64,000 bases of DNA, from positions 11,596,001 to 11,660,000 of the forward strand of contig CM097885.1 in NCBI GenBank assembly GCA_044892525.1, given 5' to 3'. Position 1 is the stretch's first letter. Each line of letters opens with the position of its first letter. A program made the position numbers and the translations under genes. A model generated the notes under the pieces. That model made no database searches. It saw only the letters and a program-made list of their open reading frames with translations, and was not told the DNA's origin. Shown here piece after piece: positions 1 to 12,127 of this stretch. The DNA comes from Schmidtea polychroa. Taxonomy: Eukaryota.

Positions 1-2244
1 ATGTTAATATCAAATTGCATAACCCTGTAATAAATACAATATTAATAATATTTTTATTATTTTGACAATAATCTATAAATCAACTATAAAAGTTTTTTTT
101 GTTAAATTTATTTTATTTTAGATGATTTGGAGGCATATTTCTGATAAAAATAGAATAACGATTATATAAGCTAAAAAGCAGTCCCGTAATTTTGTGTTCA
201 ATAAAATATAAAATATAGGTAAAACATAGATTAACTCATTTTTTATCGTGAGCCATATTTGAGGATCACTTCATTATATTTAGCTAGCAACAATACTTTG
301 ACAGAATTGTTATCAAACGTGTTTTTATTAATTTTCATTCATTTTGTGAATATTTATTGTCGAAGTTAAATTTCGTGAAAAATGGATTAATGCAAATGAC
401 ATCGCAACTGATAAAAAAAAAGAAAAATAGATTTTCGAAATATCCTCTATTAAAGAGGAATCTGAAAATATTAGCTTATAATTTTATATGATGGAATAGG
501 AATATTTTTATGTTTATCACAAATCTCAAGTCCCAATAGAAAATATCTCAACATAAGATTTATATTTTCAAAACATAATTGCCCCTTTTTTCACAGATCT
601 CGGATTTTATTTAGCATTTCATTTTTCATACTACTCAGATTTAGTAGCTGGAATCATACAAACATGTTTAAATTTATCATAATTAATTAATTAAGTAAAT
701 TATTTAGAAAAGCGGTTTCCAACCTTTCTTGGGCGATTATCATTTAATTCCAGTTGCCAAGTGCCAGTGAATCCAAGATAAATTAACTCGGATTGCTCCT
801 CTTTCATTACATTTTTGCAGCTAACAATTATGTATTTGACTTCTAAAATATTTGATAATTTATAGGCACCATGTTTATTCTTTGCAAATTTCATATAATT
901 GAATCTATAATTTGTACTGCTCGCATTTCATTTGCACGTGAATTATACTAATGCTGGCGTACCGCTAATAAAAATAATTCTGTAGAACAATTAGGCAAGT
1001 TTAAAAATGTAAAAATAAGATATTTGGTGTGGGGAGAAAAAATAGGATGGCAGTAAAAGTGTTAGAGCACAAATAAACCATCCATATAATCATAAGATTC
1101 CTCATTATTTTCTAGGCTGTTCTTTTTTATATGGCAACGCATTAAAATAAACAGTAAAATATTTGATAATATTTTCCCCGCTAAAATTTCTGTCATTTAC
1201 TGGAAGATTTTTTTAACATGGAAAAACTTCTTTCAACTGTAATTGAAGTAGGTCAGCGACCTTTAATCATTCTGTAGAAATATGATAGCTTTGATGTCAT
1301 TTTAATCCAAACAAAAATGAATATTTAGAATCGGCTCTACCGGATCTTCTCGTATTTTAATTTTATTAATTTCATAATGATTCGGATTTTATTGTCAATT
1401 CTGTATATTCAAACAAATCAAAAATATCGAGAAAAAAGGAATATGAAGCTTTTGTTTTATCGAAGCATTATTTAAAGCCTCTTATGCTCTTTCTTATAAA
1501 ATTCCTTCTTATTTTATATAATTAAATATTTTCATTATTTCTGGAAGATTATCAGAGTAATATATCGCTGCTTTTAATAAAACAAGAAAAGATTCCAAAT
1601 TTAAAAAGTTGTGAAGAGTTGCGTTGCGTTGCCCTAGTGATAACGCATCCATGCCAAGGGTAATAATGTTTGAATATTTTTATTACTATATATATTGATG
1701 AGTTTTATCTAACACTTTCAACACTTTTATACCTGTTAATCAACATGTTATTTTTAAATATTATAAAGGAATACTAAGGGATTTAAAATTCATATGAAAG
1801 TGTACAGATAAAATAGGGAGGACTTATACCAAAATTTAAAAAATATATTAGCATCTCAAGACCATTATAAAATCAAAAGGTTGGATTGAAGGTTAAACTT
1901 AATTTTTTACTGTCCCTTCAAAACAATAAATGGCGAAGTTTAAAGGATTTAATATTTAAATTATGTTTATTTGTGATATCATAACCAAAAATATGTTTAA
2001 CATAATACACAAAATGGTAAATATTCGATCTTTTGAAGAATTAAATTAAAAAATGTAATATTTTTAGTTGTAAAGTTATTCAATTTACATGATTTGAATT
2101 CTTATTTTTGTGGGTCTTAGAATTTTAAGGTCCAAAAAGAGTCTTTGAAGATATTATATTTGAAATACCCAAGACATTGTATTCTTCTTTCTCTCAAATA
2201 ATGATTAGAGCAGTTTAAGAAAAACTCTTTAAATAATAATAAAC

Positions 2245-2305
<61 letters not shown>

Positions 2306-2612
2306 AATAAAGTGATAATTTAAGCCTTTTCCTGCAAATCATGTATTTAATGAAAATATTATTTGCACCAAAAGGCTTAAATTATCACATTATTGTTTAA
2401 AATAATAAATGCTGCTACCTAGAAATGATCACTTCTTAATAATAAAAATAATAATAAATAATAATAATAATAAAAATAATAATAATAATATTTATAATTA
2501 TAATAATAATAATAAAATTAATAATAATAATAATACAAAAAAGTGATAATTTAAGCCTTTTCCTGCAAATAAGGTATTTAATAATTACAATAATTATAAT
2601 AATAATAAAAAA

Positions 2613-2676
<64 letters not shown>

Positions 2677-2941
2677 TTTGAAGTGATCTCTGCAGTTTTA
2701 TTGAAGCGGATCTCTTGCATGACATATACATCTTCCAAATATTAAATTCTTAAAAATATCTTGATAATATATATAACTAGATATATAACTATCAAATTTT
2801 ATTGTTCTGTTTCACAGATGGAACGCAATATTACATAACTATTCTGACGCGCGCGCGCACACACACACATATACACAGAAACGAATAATAAATCTGTTAT
2901 AAACTTTCTCTTTACATGGAACTGATTAATAAATCTATTAT

Positions 2942-3208
2942 CTAATCAAAATAAATCGTTGGAACATTTTCATTCACTGTGCAGCAGTATTTCACCAATA
3001 ACTGTTTAATTAATGCATCATTTGACTTGTAACCAGAGTTTTTCTTTGAGAAAAATATATGAATCTCCTTGAATGTCGGTCTTTGCTGTGCCTCGTCTAC
3101 AAGACATTGTTCAATGATGTCAATAGTTTCACGGGCAGTTGACTGCGGGAATTTGAGACTTTGTAGTGGTTGAATGTTTGAATTCAGCGAAGATTTGTGG
3201 ATGAAGAT
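2942..3208 (-). CDS. DDR: DDR-like RTK, last coding exon (not in the ORF track)
   Basis: Translation includes IDIIEQCLVDEAQQRPTFKEIHIFFSKKNSGY, typical of invertebrate DDR C-termini. ttttctag acceptor, TAG stop at 2942-2944. Confidence 0.88.
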   Translation of the reverse strand: MFIHKSSLNSNIQPLQSLKFPQSTARETIDIIEQCLVDEAQQRPTFKEIHIFFSKKNSGYKSNDALIKQLLVKYCCTVNENVPTIYFD

Positions 3209-3307
3209 CTAGAAAACAGGATCTAAGATTTTCCTTTTCAGGATATGAATATAATGATAAATGTTTTTAAGTATACACATAATAGTAGCATATAATAATA
3301 ATAATTA

Positions 3308-3410
<103 letters not shown>

Positions 3411-3895
3411 ATCATTATTAGTATATTTCACTTAAATATTTAATATTTTAATAAAATACTTCTGATAATGACTTACATAAAATTAATATATTATAAATGC
3501 ATCTTACACCTCCTTTCAAAATATAATCCTAGTTTTAAATATTTTAGCCATTTTACATTTTTTGTTTTTATTTTCTTGTGTTCATTTTCATTATAAACTT
3601 CGATTTTGTCTTTACTCGATTTATTTCTCCAGGACAAGCATACCTAATATCATCATCTTTTATCCATACCTTATCACCGGTATCAAATTCTCGATTAGTT
3701 CGAAATTCATTATTATTCGATATCTCTCATTCTTTTCAATTTGTGTTTTAATTCTTCTAATCTTTTATTTATCTGTACGAAATATACTCTCATATTCAAA
3801 ACTTTAATTTCGCACACATCTACTGCTAGATTAAATCCTATTGTACTTTGAATTGTTGAATTAAGAATAATTTCCATTTCTGGTTGTAATTTAAA

Positions 3896-3967
<72 letters not shown>

Positions 3968-4301
3968 ATTATTATTATTATTATTATTAATATTATTATT
4001 ATAAGCTGCTAAGAGATCTTCTAAATTATTTTTTAAATCTGGTTCAAAAGTTAACGTTGAATAAAATTTTTTAAAAACCATTTATTAAAATTTTGATATT
4101 TAAAATATATTTATTTAAAAATCATTTACTAATAAAACTTCTTTTAAAAAAGCATGTTTAATTTTTCAATTTAAAAAATGAAATTTAAAAATTACTTTAA
4201 AAGTTATTTTAATTATTTATCATTTAAAATTATCTTAATAAATCATTGAAATATTTAATTTTCAGCTGAAAATACCTCACAATTATAATAATCATTATTA
4301 A

Positions 4302-4397
<96 letters not shown>

Positions 4398-4499
4398 TTA
4401 TTATTATTATTAAATGATGATTGCTTGGTAGCAGCATTTTTTTTATTTAAAACAATAAAATGATAATTTAAGCCTTTTGCTGCAAATAATGTATTTAAT

Positions 4500-4538
4500 G
4501 AAAGAATTTTCGACTATACGATAGTCCTTGTCAATCTC
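4500..4538 (-). ncRNA. Hammerhead variant with U3-A8 core (UUGACAA)
   Basis: GAGA UUGACAA G GACUAU-CGU-AUAGUC GAAAAUUC UUUC, inside the palindrome 4455-4602. Confidence 0.5.
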
Positions 4539-4688
4539 CTTGTCAATCTTTCATTAAATACATTATTTGCAGCAAAAGGCTTAAATTATCATTTTATTGT
4601 TTTATTATTATTATTATTATTATTGATATTATTTAGTCTATTTGAAAACTGAATTCATATTCCCCTCATTCAATTCATCATAAAGTAC

Positions 4689-4793
4689 CTGATAGTTGGA
4701 CAAGCTTCCATATGGTAATTGTTGACAATAGTTGAATAGTTCCCACATACAAACTCCAAAAGCATACACATCGGATTTCGTAGAAAAATCCTT
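4689..4793 (-). CDS. DDR: DDR-like RTK, kinase subdomain IX exon (not in the ORF track)
   Basis: Manual translation KDFSTKSDVYAFGVCMWELFNYCQQLPYGSLSNYQ; AG/GT-bounded, 105 bp, phase 0/0. Confidence 0.9.
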
Positions 4794-5536
4794 CTAGAAT
4801 TTATAATCAACATATTTTGTATTCCAAATAAAAATCATTTAATATTATAAATAAATATATCTTTTATATTTTTCTTTATTCCTCGTTGTCATTGAGTTAT
4901 CTAAATGATAAGATGAAACATCAATTATTTTCTGACAGAATCATTATCAATTCTCGAATATTTTTGCTTCTTAAAAAAGATATTTTTTTCGAAAATCGAT
5001 TTATAAAAAAATTCATGATTTTCGGATTATTTTTTTGTGAAATTTTTATTTATTAATTAGCTTTTAATTTTAATATTTAAAACAAATCTTTATTATTATT
5101 CATAGCGAGATCCTTTAAGAGAATGGTCTAGTTATACAATTCCACATTTTTGGGATCATTGTTTTTCATTTAATTATAATTTTATAACAACTCACTTGTT
5201 TGTCATTGCCAATTTGGATATATAACAGGTAAACAATGTCAATGTTATTCAAATCCACATTTGTCCTTGCATAAATCGTAACGAACATGCTGTACGATCT
5301 TTGGATTTGAAGGTGTTCTAGTGAAAGATTTCCTGATTTTTTTCAAAATTTTTAATCTACAGATTTATTTGGCCTTATTTGAATAAAAGTTTCACACCAT
5401 CCCGAAATTGTATATTTTAAGTTTTGTTTAAAATACCCCCTTGAAGAATTTGGATATTTTTATAAAGTTGGTTTTTTCATACAAATCTAAGAATAAATTT
5501 CCTATCTCAGGTTCTTTTGGTTTTGGTTTATAAATT

Positions 5537-5776
5537 GGCATCCGTACGTTTTCATCGCGTACGATTCATCAAAGGGACTGTTCATCATAATATATTAATT
5601 TGTTTTGGATATATCTTACTATACGTTTTACTATTTTAAAATAAAGTAAATAGACAAATTAATAGAAATTGCAAAGAAAAACCTCCATTATTTATTTATT
5701 ATCATTCTGTGATAAACAGTCCTCTTGATGAATCGTCTGCCTGATAAACAGTCCGGCGATGAAACGTCCTAGAATC
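5537..5776. mobile_element. MITE with long imperfect TIRs and 8-bp TSD TATAAATT
   Basis: TSD at 5529-36 and 5777-84; inverted arms acgttttcatcgc...gattcatcaaagggactgttcatca / tgataaacagtcctcttgatgaatc...gcgatgaaacgt. Confidence 0.7.
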
Positions 5777-6095
5777 TATAAATTAACTAGTACAGAAATT
5801 TTTGTGCTGAAAATTTGCAAATAAAAATTCATGCTTTTTTCCGGATGTCAATTATTAGCAAATTCAGGACTGTGGTTAATAAATATATGTAAAATTTTAT
5901 TGTTATTATTTTATGATTAAATAGTCCAAAAAGAATATCTGTAAATTTAATAATACAAACAATATTATTATAAATTTTTAATGTGATATTCAATTCGATT
6001 TCTAATGGCAGTCTAGTTTCGAGTTTATCATTGGTTTATCAATTATAACCATACTCCAAAAATAGTTTTTAAAATGGTTTTTATTTAATACTAAA

Positions 6096-6389
6096 TGTTA
6101 GACGCAATTAAATTCAAGTCTTCTTCAAGCATTTATTTTTATAACAACTTCAAAAATTGTGCCGTTTACCAGAATATTTAAACACCGAGGCGTGATAATT
6201 ATTAATATTAATGTAATTACTGGTCATACATTTAATTGATTTAATTTAATATAATTTAATATAATATGATATAATTTAATATAGAATTTAAATATACAAA
6301 TTTAACAGAAATAATTATTTCTACTAACTGATCTCACTTCTACCATTTAACCATAATAATTTTATATAGAGGTTTACTAACTCCTTACA
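6096..6389 (-). repeat. 3' LTR (294 bp)
   Basis: Identical by eye to 10822-11115. Confidence 0.95.
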
Positions 6390-7257
6390 TCCCCCCTTCT
6401 TTAAAATGCTTTAACTTTTCTATATTCCTCGTTATTTTTCTTCCGTTTTCGTCTGTTAATAAATAACTTCTTTCATGATTTCGTTTTATTACTGTGTATG
6501 GTCCTTCATATCTCTCGTGATCTTTGTTTCTAATTTCTTGTTTCACCAATACTTTGTCCCTCACTTCTAAGTTCCTAGTTGTGCCAATTTCTTTCGCTTG
6601 CTGTCTTTTAGCCTCTAATTTCCGCATGATTTCATTTCTATCCACTTCATTATTACTATGCCATTGCGATCTATTAATCTTTCTTCCAAAAATAATTTCT
6701 GCTGGACTCACTCCAGTAGTTTTTTGAGCTGTCGCATTTAAAACGTATTCTATATCAGGTATTAATTCTGCCCAGCTTTTTTTAACTCCTTCTCTGAGTG
6801 ACGCGTTAATATAGTCTCTTATAGTACGAAATTGTCTTTCAATTACACCATTAGTATTATGATGATACGGACTCGAAAATATCAACTCAATTCCTGCTGC
6901 CTTTGCTAGTTCTTTAATGCTACTTGCTTCGAAATTTTTTCCACAATCAACATGTAGTTCCTTAGGGGCTCCAAATTTCAATATCCAATTATTTAACAAA
7001 ACTGCCTTTATTGTATTTTCATCTTGCTTTCTAATAGGAGTTAGAGATATGTATTTACTGTAATGATCGATTATTGCACAAATATATTTTTCTCCTCTGA
7101 AGGTTTCTCTTAATGGACCGCAAATATCCATGTATATTTTCTCCATAGGTTCTGAAGCTTGAATTACTTGGGTTTTTTCTTTTGACTTTGTAGTTAAAAC
7201 TTTGTTTTTCTGGCATGCTTCACATATTGAAATAGTTTCTTTTACTTCATTTAGCAA
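6385..7257 (-). CDS. pol: Pol part 2: integrase (CxxC, D,D-35-E), frameshifted from part 1
   Basis: CEACQKNK, MDICGP, IIDHYSK, HVDCG, NGVIER; stop codon falls inside the 3' LTR. Confidence 0.92.
   Translation of the reverse strand: MLNEVKETISICEACQKNKVLTTKSKEKTQVIQASEPMEKIYMDICGPLRETFRGEKYICAIIDHYSKYISLTPIRKQDENTIKAVLLNNWILKFGAPKELHVDCGKNFEASSIKELAKAAGIELIFSSPYHHNTNGVIERQFRTIRDYINASLREGVKKSWAELIPDIEYVLNATAQKTTGVSPAEIIFGRKINRSQWHSNNEVDRNEIMRKLEAKRQQAKEIGTTRNLEVRDKVLVKQEIRNKDHERYEGPYTVIKRNHERSYLLTDENGRKITRNIEKLKHFKEGGM
6390..6404 (-). promoter_or_regulatory. Polypurine tract AAAGAAGGGGGGA
   Basis: Purine run abutting the 3' LTR on the minus strand. Confidence 0.85.
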
Positions 7258-9845
7258 AATTCCATATCAAAATTGTTCCTAATATATTTCATAACTCTTT
7301 CTACTCCTGCGTGGCATAATAATAAATGTGTTTCCTTAATCATTTCTCGTCTTTTTGTTTCTGGTATCCATATTTTGTTTTGATTGGTATAGATAATATT
7401 TCCTTTTAATATATATTTATTATTTTTCCTTTCATTTATTTGATCTTTTATATCTTGTATTTCTGCATTATCTCTTTGCCATTCATTTCCATTATTTTCG
7501 GTCATCAATGTTAACAATCTAGTTTTTAATCGCCCTGATTTGGGGTTATCATGGTCCATCAAACATTGTACACATTTGCCGCATGTATTTCTAGACAGCA
7601 TATCTGCATTCGTATGCGCCGTACCTTTTCTGAACTCCATTCTTATGTCTAAACTGCTCAAGTAATTTATCCACGTTTGGAACTGTGCTGTTATCGGCTT
7701 CTTTGTCGTTAACATAAAAGTTATTGCTTTATGATCAGTGCGCAAAACAAACCGTTTACCGTATAAATAATGGTTGAAATGGCGACAGAAATAATATATA
7801 GCCAAAAGCTCTTTTCGTGTTATACAATATCCTCTTTCATGGCTACTCATTGCATGGGATCCATATGCAATAACGTGTTCATGCCCCATTTCATCTCTTT
7901 GTGATAATACAGCTCCAATTGTATCAAAGCTTGCGTCTGTATCTAATATGAATTCTTTCTTGAAATCTGGAAATACGAGAATTGGCGCTGTAGTCAACGC
8001 CATTTTCATTTCTTCGAAAGCTTTCTCACATTCCTCAGTCCAGATTATTTTTTCACTATTGCTTCCACATATGCTTTCTAGCGCTCTTGATTTTGTTGCA
8101 TATTCCTTAATAAATCTCCGATAATAGTTACATATACCTAAAAAGCTTCTCAAATTCTTTATACACTTAGGCCTCTGAAATGATTTAATAGCCTCAATTT
8201 TACTTTGATCTGTCCAAATCCCCTGACTGTTAATAATGTGCCCTAAAAACTTTACTTCGCTCTTTAATAACTGACATTTTTCTGGGTTGATTCTCAATTT
8301 AGCTTCCCTTATTTTCTCTAGAACTTTTCCAAACACATTGTAATGTTCTTCAATTGTTCTTGTAAAAATTAAAATATCGTCTAAATACACCATAACTCCT
8401 TCTTTCCATAGATCTTTCAATATTTTTGTCATTAACTCTTGGAATGTACCCGGTGCCGCCGCAATGCCAAAAGGCATTCTATTAAAACAAAATTGTCCTT
8501 CTTTAGTAGAAAATGCTGTCTTTTCTTGCGATTCTATGTCCAATTTCACCTGATAATAAGCGTTCCCAAGGTCTATAGAACTAAAGTACTTAGATCCATG
8601 TAATGTATCTAGAATTTCTTCTACATTCGGCATAGGAAAAGCTTGTCTTTCAGTAATCTTATTAAGCTGTCTAAAATCTAAACAAAGTCTGATATCTTTT
8701 TTGTCTTTTTTCCACACGCATACTAACGGCGTATTCCAAGGTGAATTACATCTTCTTATGATATCATTATTTTCTAAATTTTTTATAGCAGCATTTATTT
8801 TCTCCTCTAAATTGATGGGTTGTCTTCTGGGTTTTATCATAATTGGCCTTTCTTTTGTGATGATTTTATGTGCAATTAAATCAGTACATCCGATATCCCC
8901 GTTATTAGCCATAAAAACACTTTTATTGTTTTTAACAATCTCTAACAGTCTTTTATTTTCGTTTAATCTTAGAATTTCTATTGCTCTTTGACATCTCTCG
9001 TTATCTGTAATCTTTTCCCCAAATCTAGCCTCTATTTCACATACAAATTCATTATATCCTTCTTCATTTTGCTTGATGTAGTTTAATTCAATTCCAAACT
9101 CTTTCTGCAATTCCACTCCGCCTATTATATCTGGAACAATATTTTTAACTATTATAAATGTTATTTTTCTTTCCATATTACCAATTCTAACATCAATATA
9201 TATTTTTCCGATTGTCTCTAATTTACTATCATTTGCACATCTTAACATCTCATCTGTTTTTATGATTTTCACATTCACTAATTTTTCCACAACTGCTTCT
9301 GCCATTACATTTACTCTTGCTCCTGTATCTAGTAAGCATTCCATTCTATACCCCTGAATTTCAAGAGTTGTACTCGGTCTACCTTGCATTTTGTCATAAC
9401 TCAATTTCGGTCGTTTCCATTCATCTTTAGTGAAAATATTTTGCTCCTCTGATATTTCATTAATCCACCCAATTTCATTTCTCTCTAATTTATCTTCTGC
9501 CTTCTTAATAAATTTATAAACTTTTTCATTTACTATTTTATTATTATATTCTGCTTCTTTAATTTTACTATACTCTTCTTGATTCTTAGGATTATTATTA
9601 TTATTATTATTTATTAAAGATCGATCAGCATTAAAATAACTATAACATTTAAAATTATTTAAAGGAAACTTTTTAAAATTACAAATATTATTACATAAAG
9701 GTTCTACATTATTATATATATAAGGATTATTTACATTATTAAAATTATTATGACCAATATTTACATCAATATCAAAATTACCTAGTATATTGCTCCGATC
9801 ATTGCCTCCCGTGTCGAAGCATGTACTTTTTGGTGCTGAATCTCC
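7251..9845 (-). CDS. pol: Pol part 1: protease, reverse transcriptase, RNase H, start of integrase
   Basis: LLDTGA, LDFRQLN, MPFG, YLDD, LDTDAS, TDH motifs. The frame stays open upstream of 9404 into the end of gag in the -1 frame. Confidence 0.92.
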   Translation of the reverse strand, partial: GDSAPKSTCFDTGGNDRSNILGNFDIDVNIGHNNFNNVNNPYIYNNVEPLCNNICNFKKFPLNNFKCYSYFNADRSLINNNNNNNPKNQEEYSKIKEAEYNNKIVNEKVYKFIKKAEDKLERNEIGWINEISEEQNIFTKDEWKRPKLSYDKMQGRPSTTLEIQGYRMECLLDTGARVNVMAEAVVEKLVNVKIIKTDEMLRCANDSKLETIGKIYIDVRIGNMERKITFIIVKNIVPDIIGGVELQKEFGIELNYIKQNEEGYNEFVCEIEARFGEKITDNERCQRAIEILRLNENKRLLEIVKNNKSVFMANNGDIGCTDLIAHKIITKERPIMIKPRRQPINLEEKINAAIKNLENNDIIRRCNSPWNTPLVCVWKKDKKDIRLCLDFRQLNKITERQAFPMPNVEEILDTLHGSKYFSSIDLGNAYYQVKLDIESQEKTAFSTKEGQFCFNRMPFGIAAAPGTFQELMTKILKDLWKEGVMVYLDDILIFTRTIEEHYNVFGKVLEKIREAKLRINPEKCQLLKSEVKFLGHIINSQGIWTDQSKIEAIKSFQRPKCIKNLRSFLGICNYYRRFIKEYATKSRALESICGSNSEKIIWTEECEKAFEEMKMALTTAPILVFPDFKKEFILDTDASFDTIGAVLSQRDEMGHEHVIAYGSHAMSSHERGYCITRKELLAIYYFCRHFNHYLYGKRFVLRTDHKAITFMLTTKKPITAQFQTWINYLSSLDIRMEFRKGTAHTNADMLSRNTCGKCVQCLMDHDNPKSGRLKTRLLTLMTENNGNEWQRDNAEIQDIKDQINERKNNKYILKGNIIYTNQNKIWIPETKRREMIKETHLLLCHAGVERVMKYIRNNFDMEFC

Positions 9846-10822
9846 TCATATTTGTCTTCTGCATCGTCTGAATACTCCAATGGCATCGTCTCATCATTAG
9901 GTTCAATTGCTGCAATTGTTCTTCTTGGATTGTTGATCTTTTGTTGATAGCTTGTGGTTCGATGGGCATAATAATTATTGTTTCTCATGTTTGAATTAGT
10001 TTGAAACTTCCTTCTTTCCAAATTTGTATAGCAGTCAATCTCCTTATGTCCACGTAAGTGACATCTCTGGCATTGAATCGTTGAACATTCTCGTCGTACG
10101 TGGCCTTCAACTCCGCATGCAAAACACGTAATTTTCTTTTTCATTTGGCATTCTCGACTCACATGACCAATTTTCTTGCATGTCCAGCATTCCAATTGTC
10201 GGTTACTGACGTTTCGCTGCTTGAAATTATTATTTCCGTTTACCATTCCTCTTTGAGCAACATCTCTGTAGCTTCTGTAGTTTTGAACAACTGGTGAAGT
10301 CTTCACAACATTAACATGGCCCATAATTTTGTTTATCTTTTCTAATTTCTTTATTGTCGCTTTTATTTCTTCTGATGTTTTCAAATCTTTCATCTCGATC
10401 TCTTTTTTAACTTCTCGATCTCTTACACAGTTTGTAAGCAGGCATTTTTCTATTTCTTCTTCATCCCATTTGTGCGCTATTAATTTCTTTGTCATCTTTT
10501 TAATTTTCTCTATAAAAGTTTCGGCTGAATCTGATCCTTGTTCATAACTCAAAGCTTTTTTTAGATCATCCATTAATGATGTCGGTTTTGAAAATGCATA
10601 TCGAAGTTTCTCTTCCATAGTTTTTCCTTCGGCTGCTTCATAATCTTCTATTAGCGATCTGTCAAGTAATGTTGTAGTTAATATTACTTGCATCCTAATT
10701 GTTGTTTTTGTCGCGCCAAAAAACCTTTGACAATCCTTGATAAAATTTTCTAAATCATCGCCTTTGTGAAATTTCTCAGGTAATAGTCTGCTTATCAATA
10801 AATCCGTGGTCGTGGTCGCCAT
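9782..10822 (-). CDS. gag: Gag with three CCHC zinc knuckles
   Basis: CWTCKKIGHVSREC, CFACGVEGHVRREC, CQRCHLRGHKEIDC. Likely start ATG at 10822 (an upstream in-frame ATG at 10858 lies inside the LTR). Confidence 0.92.
   Translation of the reverse strand: MATTTTDLLISRLLPEKFHKGDDLENFIKDCQRFFGATKTTIRMQVILTTTLLDRSLIEDYEAAEGKTMEEKLRYAFSKPTSLMDDLKKALSYEQGSDSAETFIEKIKKMTKKLIAHKWDEEEIEKCLLTNCVRDREVKKEIEMKDLKTSEEIKATIKKLEKINKIMGHVNVVKTSPVVQNYRSYRDVAQRGMVNGNNNFKQRNVSNRQLECWTCKKIGHVSRECQMKKKITCFACGVEGHVRRECSTIQCQRCHLRGHKEIDCYTNLERRKFQTNSNMRNNNYYAHRTTSYQQKINNPRRTIAAIEPNDETMPLEYSDDAEDKYEEIQHQKVHASTREAMIGAIY
10806..10821 (-). promoter_or_regulatory. Primer-binding site TGGCGACCACGACCAC
   Basis: TGG-starting sequence directly after the 5' LTR; the TGGCGACC start resembles tRNA-Arg-type PBSs (tRNA identity not verified). 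Confidence 0.8.
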
Positions 10823-11115
10823 GTTAGACGCAATTAAATTCAAGTCTTCTTCAAGCATTTATTTTTATAACAACTTCAAAAATTGTGCCGTTTACCAGAA
10901 TATTTAAACACCGAGGCGTGATAATTATTAATATTAATGTAATTACTGGTCATACATTTAATTGATTTAATTTAATATAATTTAATATAATATGATATAA
11001 TTTAATATAGAATTTAAATATACAAATTTAACAGAAATAATTATTTCTACTAACTGATCTCACTTCTACCATTTAACCATAATAATTTTATATAGAGGTT
11101 TACTAACTCCTTACA
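10822..11115 (-). repeat. 5' LTR (294 bp)
   Basis: Identical by eye to 6096-6389. Confidence 0.95.
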
Positions 11116-11953
11116 CTAAACAAATAAATAAAAATAATTATATAAATATAAATAATATAAATTAATATTTATTTATTGAAATTTAAATTCAAAATTATTT
11201 GCCCTATTATTTAAACAAATTGATTGTGACAAATAATCTTAATAATAAATAATAATATTGACAATAAATATTGAAGTGTAATTAATTTTTACTTTTCTTT
11301 TAATGATCTTGTAGTTTTCTTCATTTAAGGTAAAATATAAAATTAAGAATTATAAAATATATAAATATTATAGAAAGAATCAATTTGAAAACTATTATTT
11401 TTAAATTATATTTATTTATAAAATATTATATCTAGCCATTACCACATTTTTACCACATATTATTCTTCACCTTTTTGTTACCCTTTTCATGTACTCAGTC
11501 TATAATACATGTTACAGATGCATGAAATTCTTTTGTTTGCAGTCCATGCTCTTTAGATGTGCATCTCTACTTTTATTATTAATAGTTCGCTCATTTTTTC
11601 TGTTTAATATCTTTTCATCTTAATAGTCTCCAGTACAACTATTCAGATGATCAATAATGAAGATATAACGACTGGCAAGTAATCACAAAAATGTTACAGA
11701 AAATGTTACAAGTTCAAATTTTAAATTATGAAGCGTCTCGTTTTTATTGGTCATTAAAATATTATTATTAAAACCGCTTGATGGTTCATCATCATGATAT
11801 TTTAGTGGGCGAACGATTCTGCTGTCGAACAATAAAGTGTCGAACCATCGAAATTTACTTATATATAATAATTTAATAAAAATTAACTGATAAATAGTTA
11901 AACATACATGGCAATGATTTAATTATAAGATAATGCCAATCAAACATTCTTTT

Positions 11954-11992
11954 CACGATTAATTTCGACAGTTTTCCTGTCATCATCAGGTG
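11954..11992 (-). ncRNA. Minimal type I hammerhead ribozyme, inverted twin
   Basis: Reverse complement of 12089-12127 within a ~90-bp inverted repeat (11923-12158). Confidence 0.85.
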
Positions 11993-12088
11993 GGATATAA
12001 TAACTCATTAAATTAAGGATTTTAAACAAATTTATTAATTATATATAAAAAATATTTTTTATAATGATTTTAATGAGTTATTATATCC

Positions 12089-12127
12089 CACCTGATGATG
12101 ACAGGAAAACTGTCGAAATTAATCGTG
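12089..12127 (+). ncRNA. Minimal type I hammerhead ribozyme (Penelope-type)
   Basis: CAC CUGAUGA U GACAG-GAAAA-CUGUC GAAA UUAA UC GUG: intact core and palindromic stem III loop. Confidence 0.85.

Larger units (their letters stand above)
6096..11115 (-). mobile_element. Full-length Ty3/gypsy LTR retrotransposon
   Basis: Two 294-bp TG...CA LTRs; 5-bp TSD CTAAA (6091-95 and 11116-20); PBS; PPT; gag and PR-RT-RH-IN gene order. Confidence 0.97.

Noticed and set aside
6524..10547. Short + strand ORFs inside the retrotransposon
   Set aside because: Antisense shadows of gag/pol.
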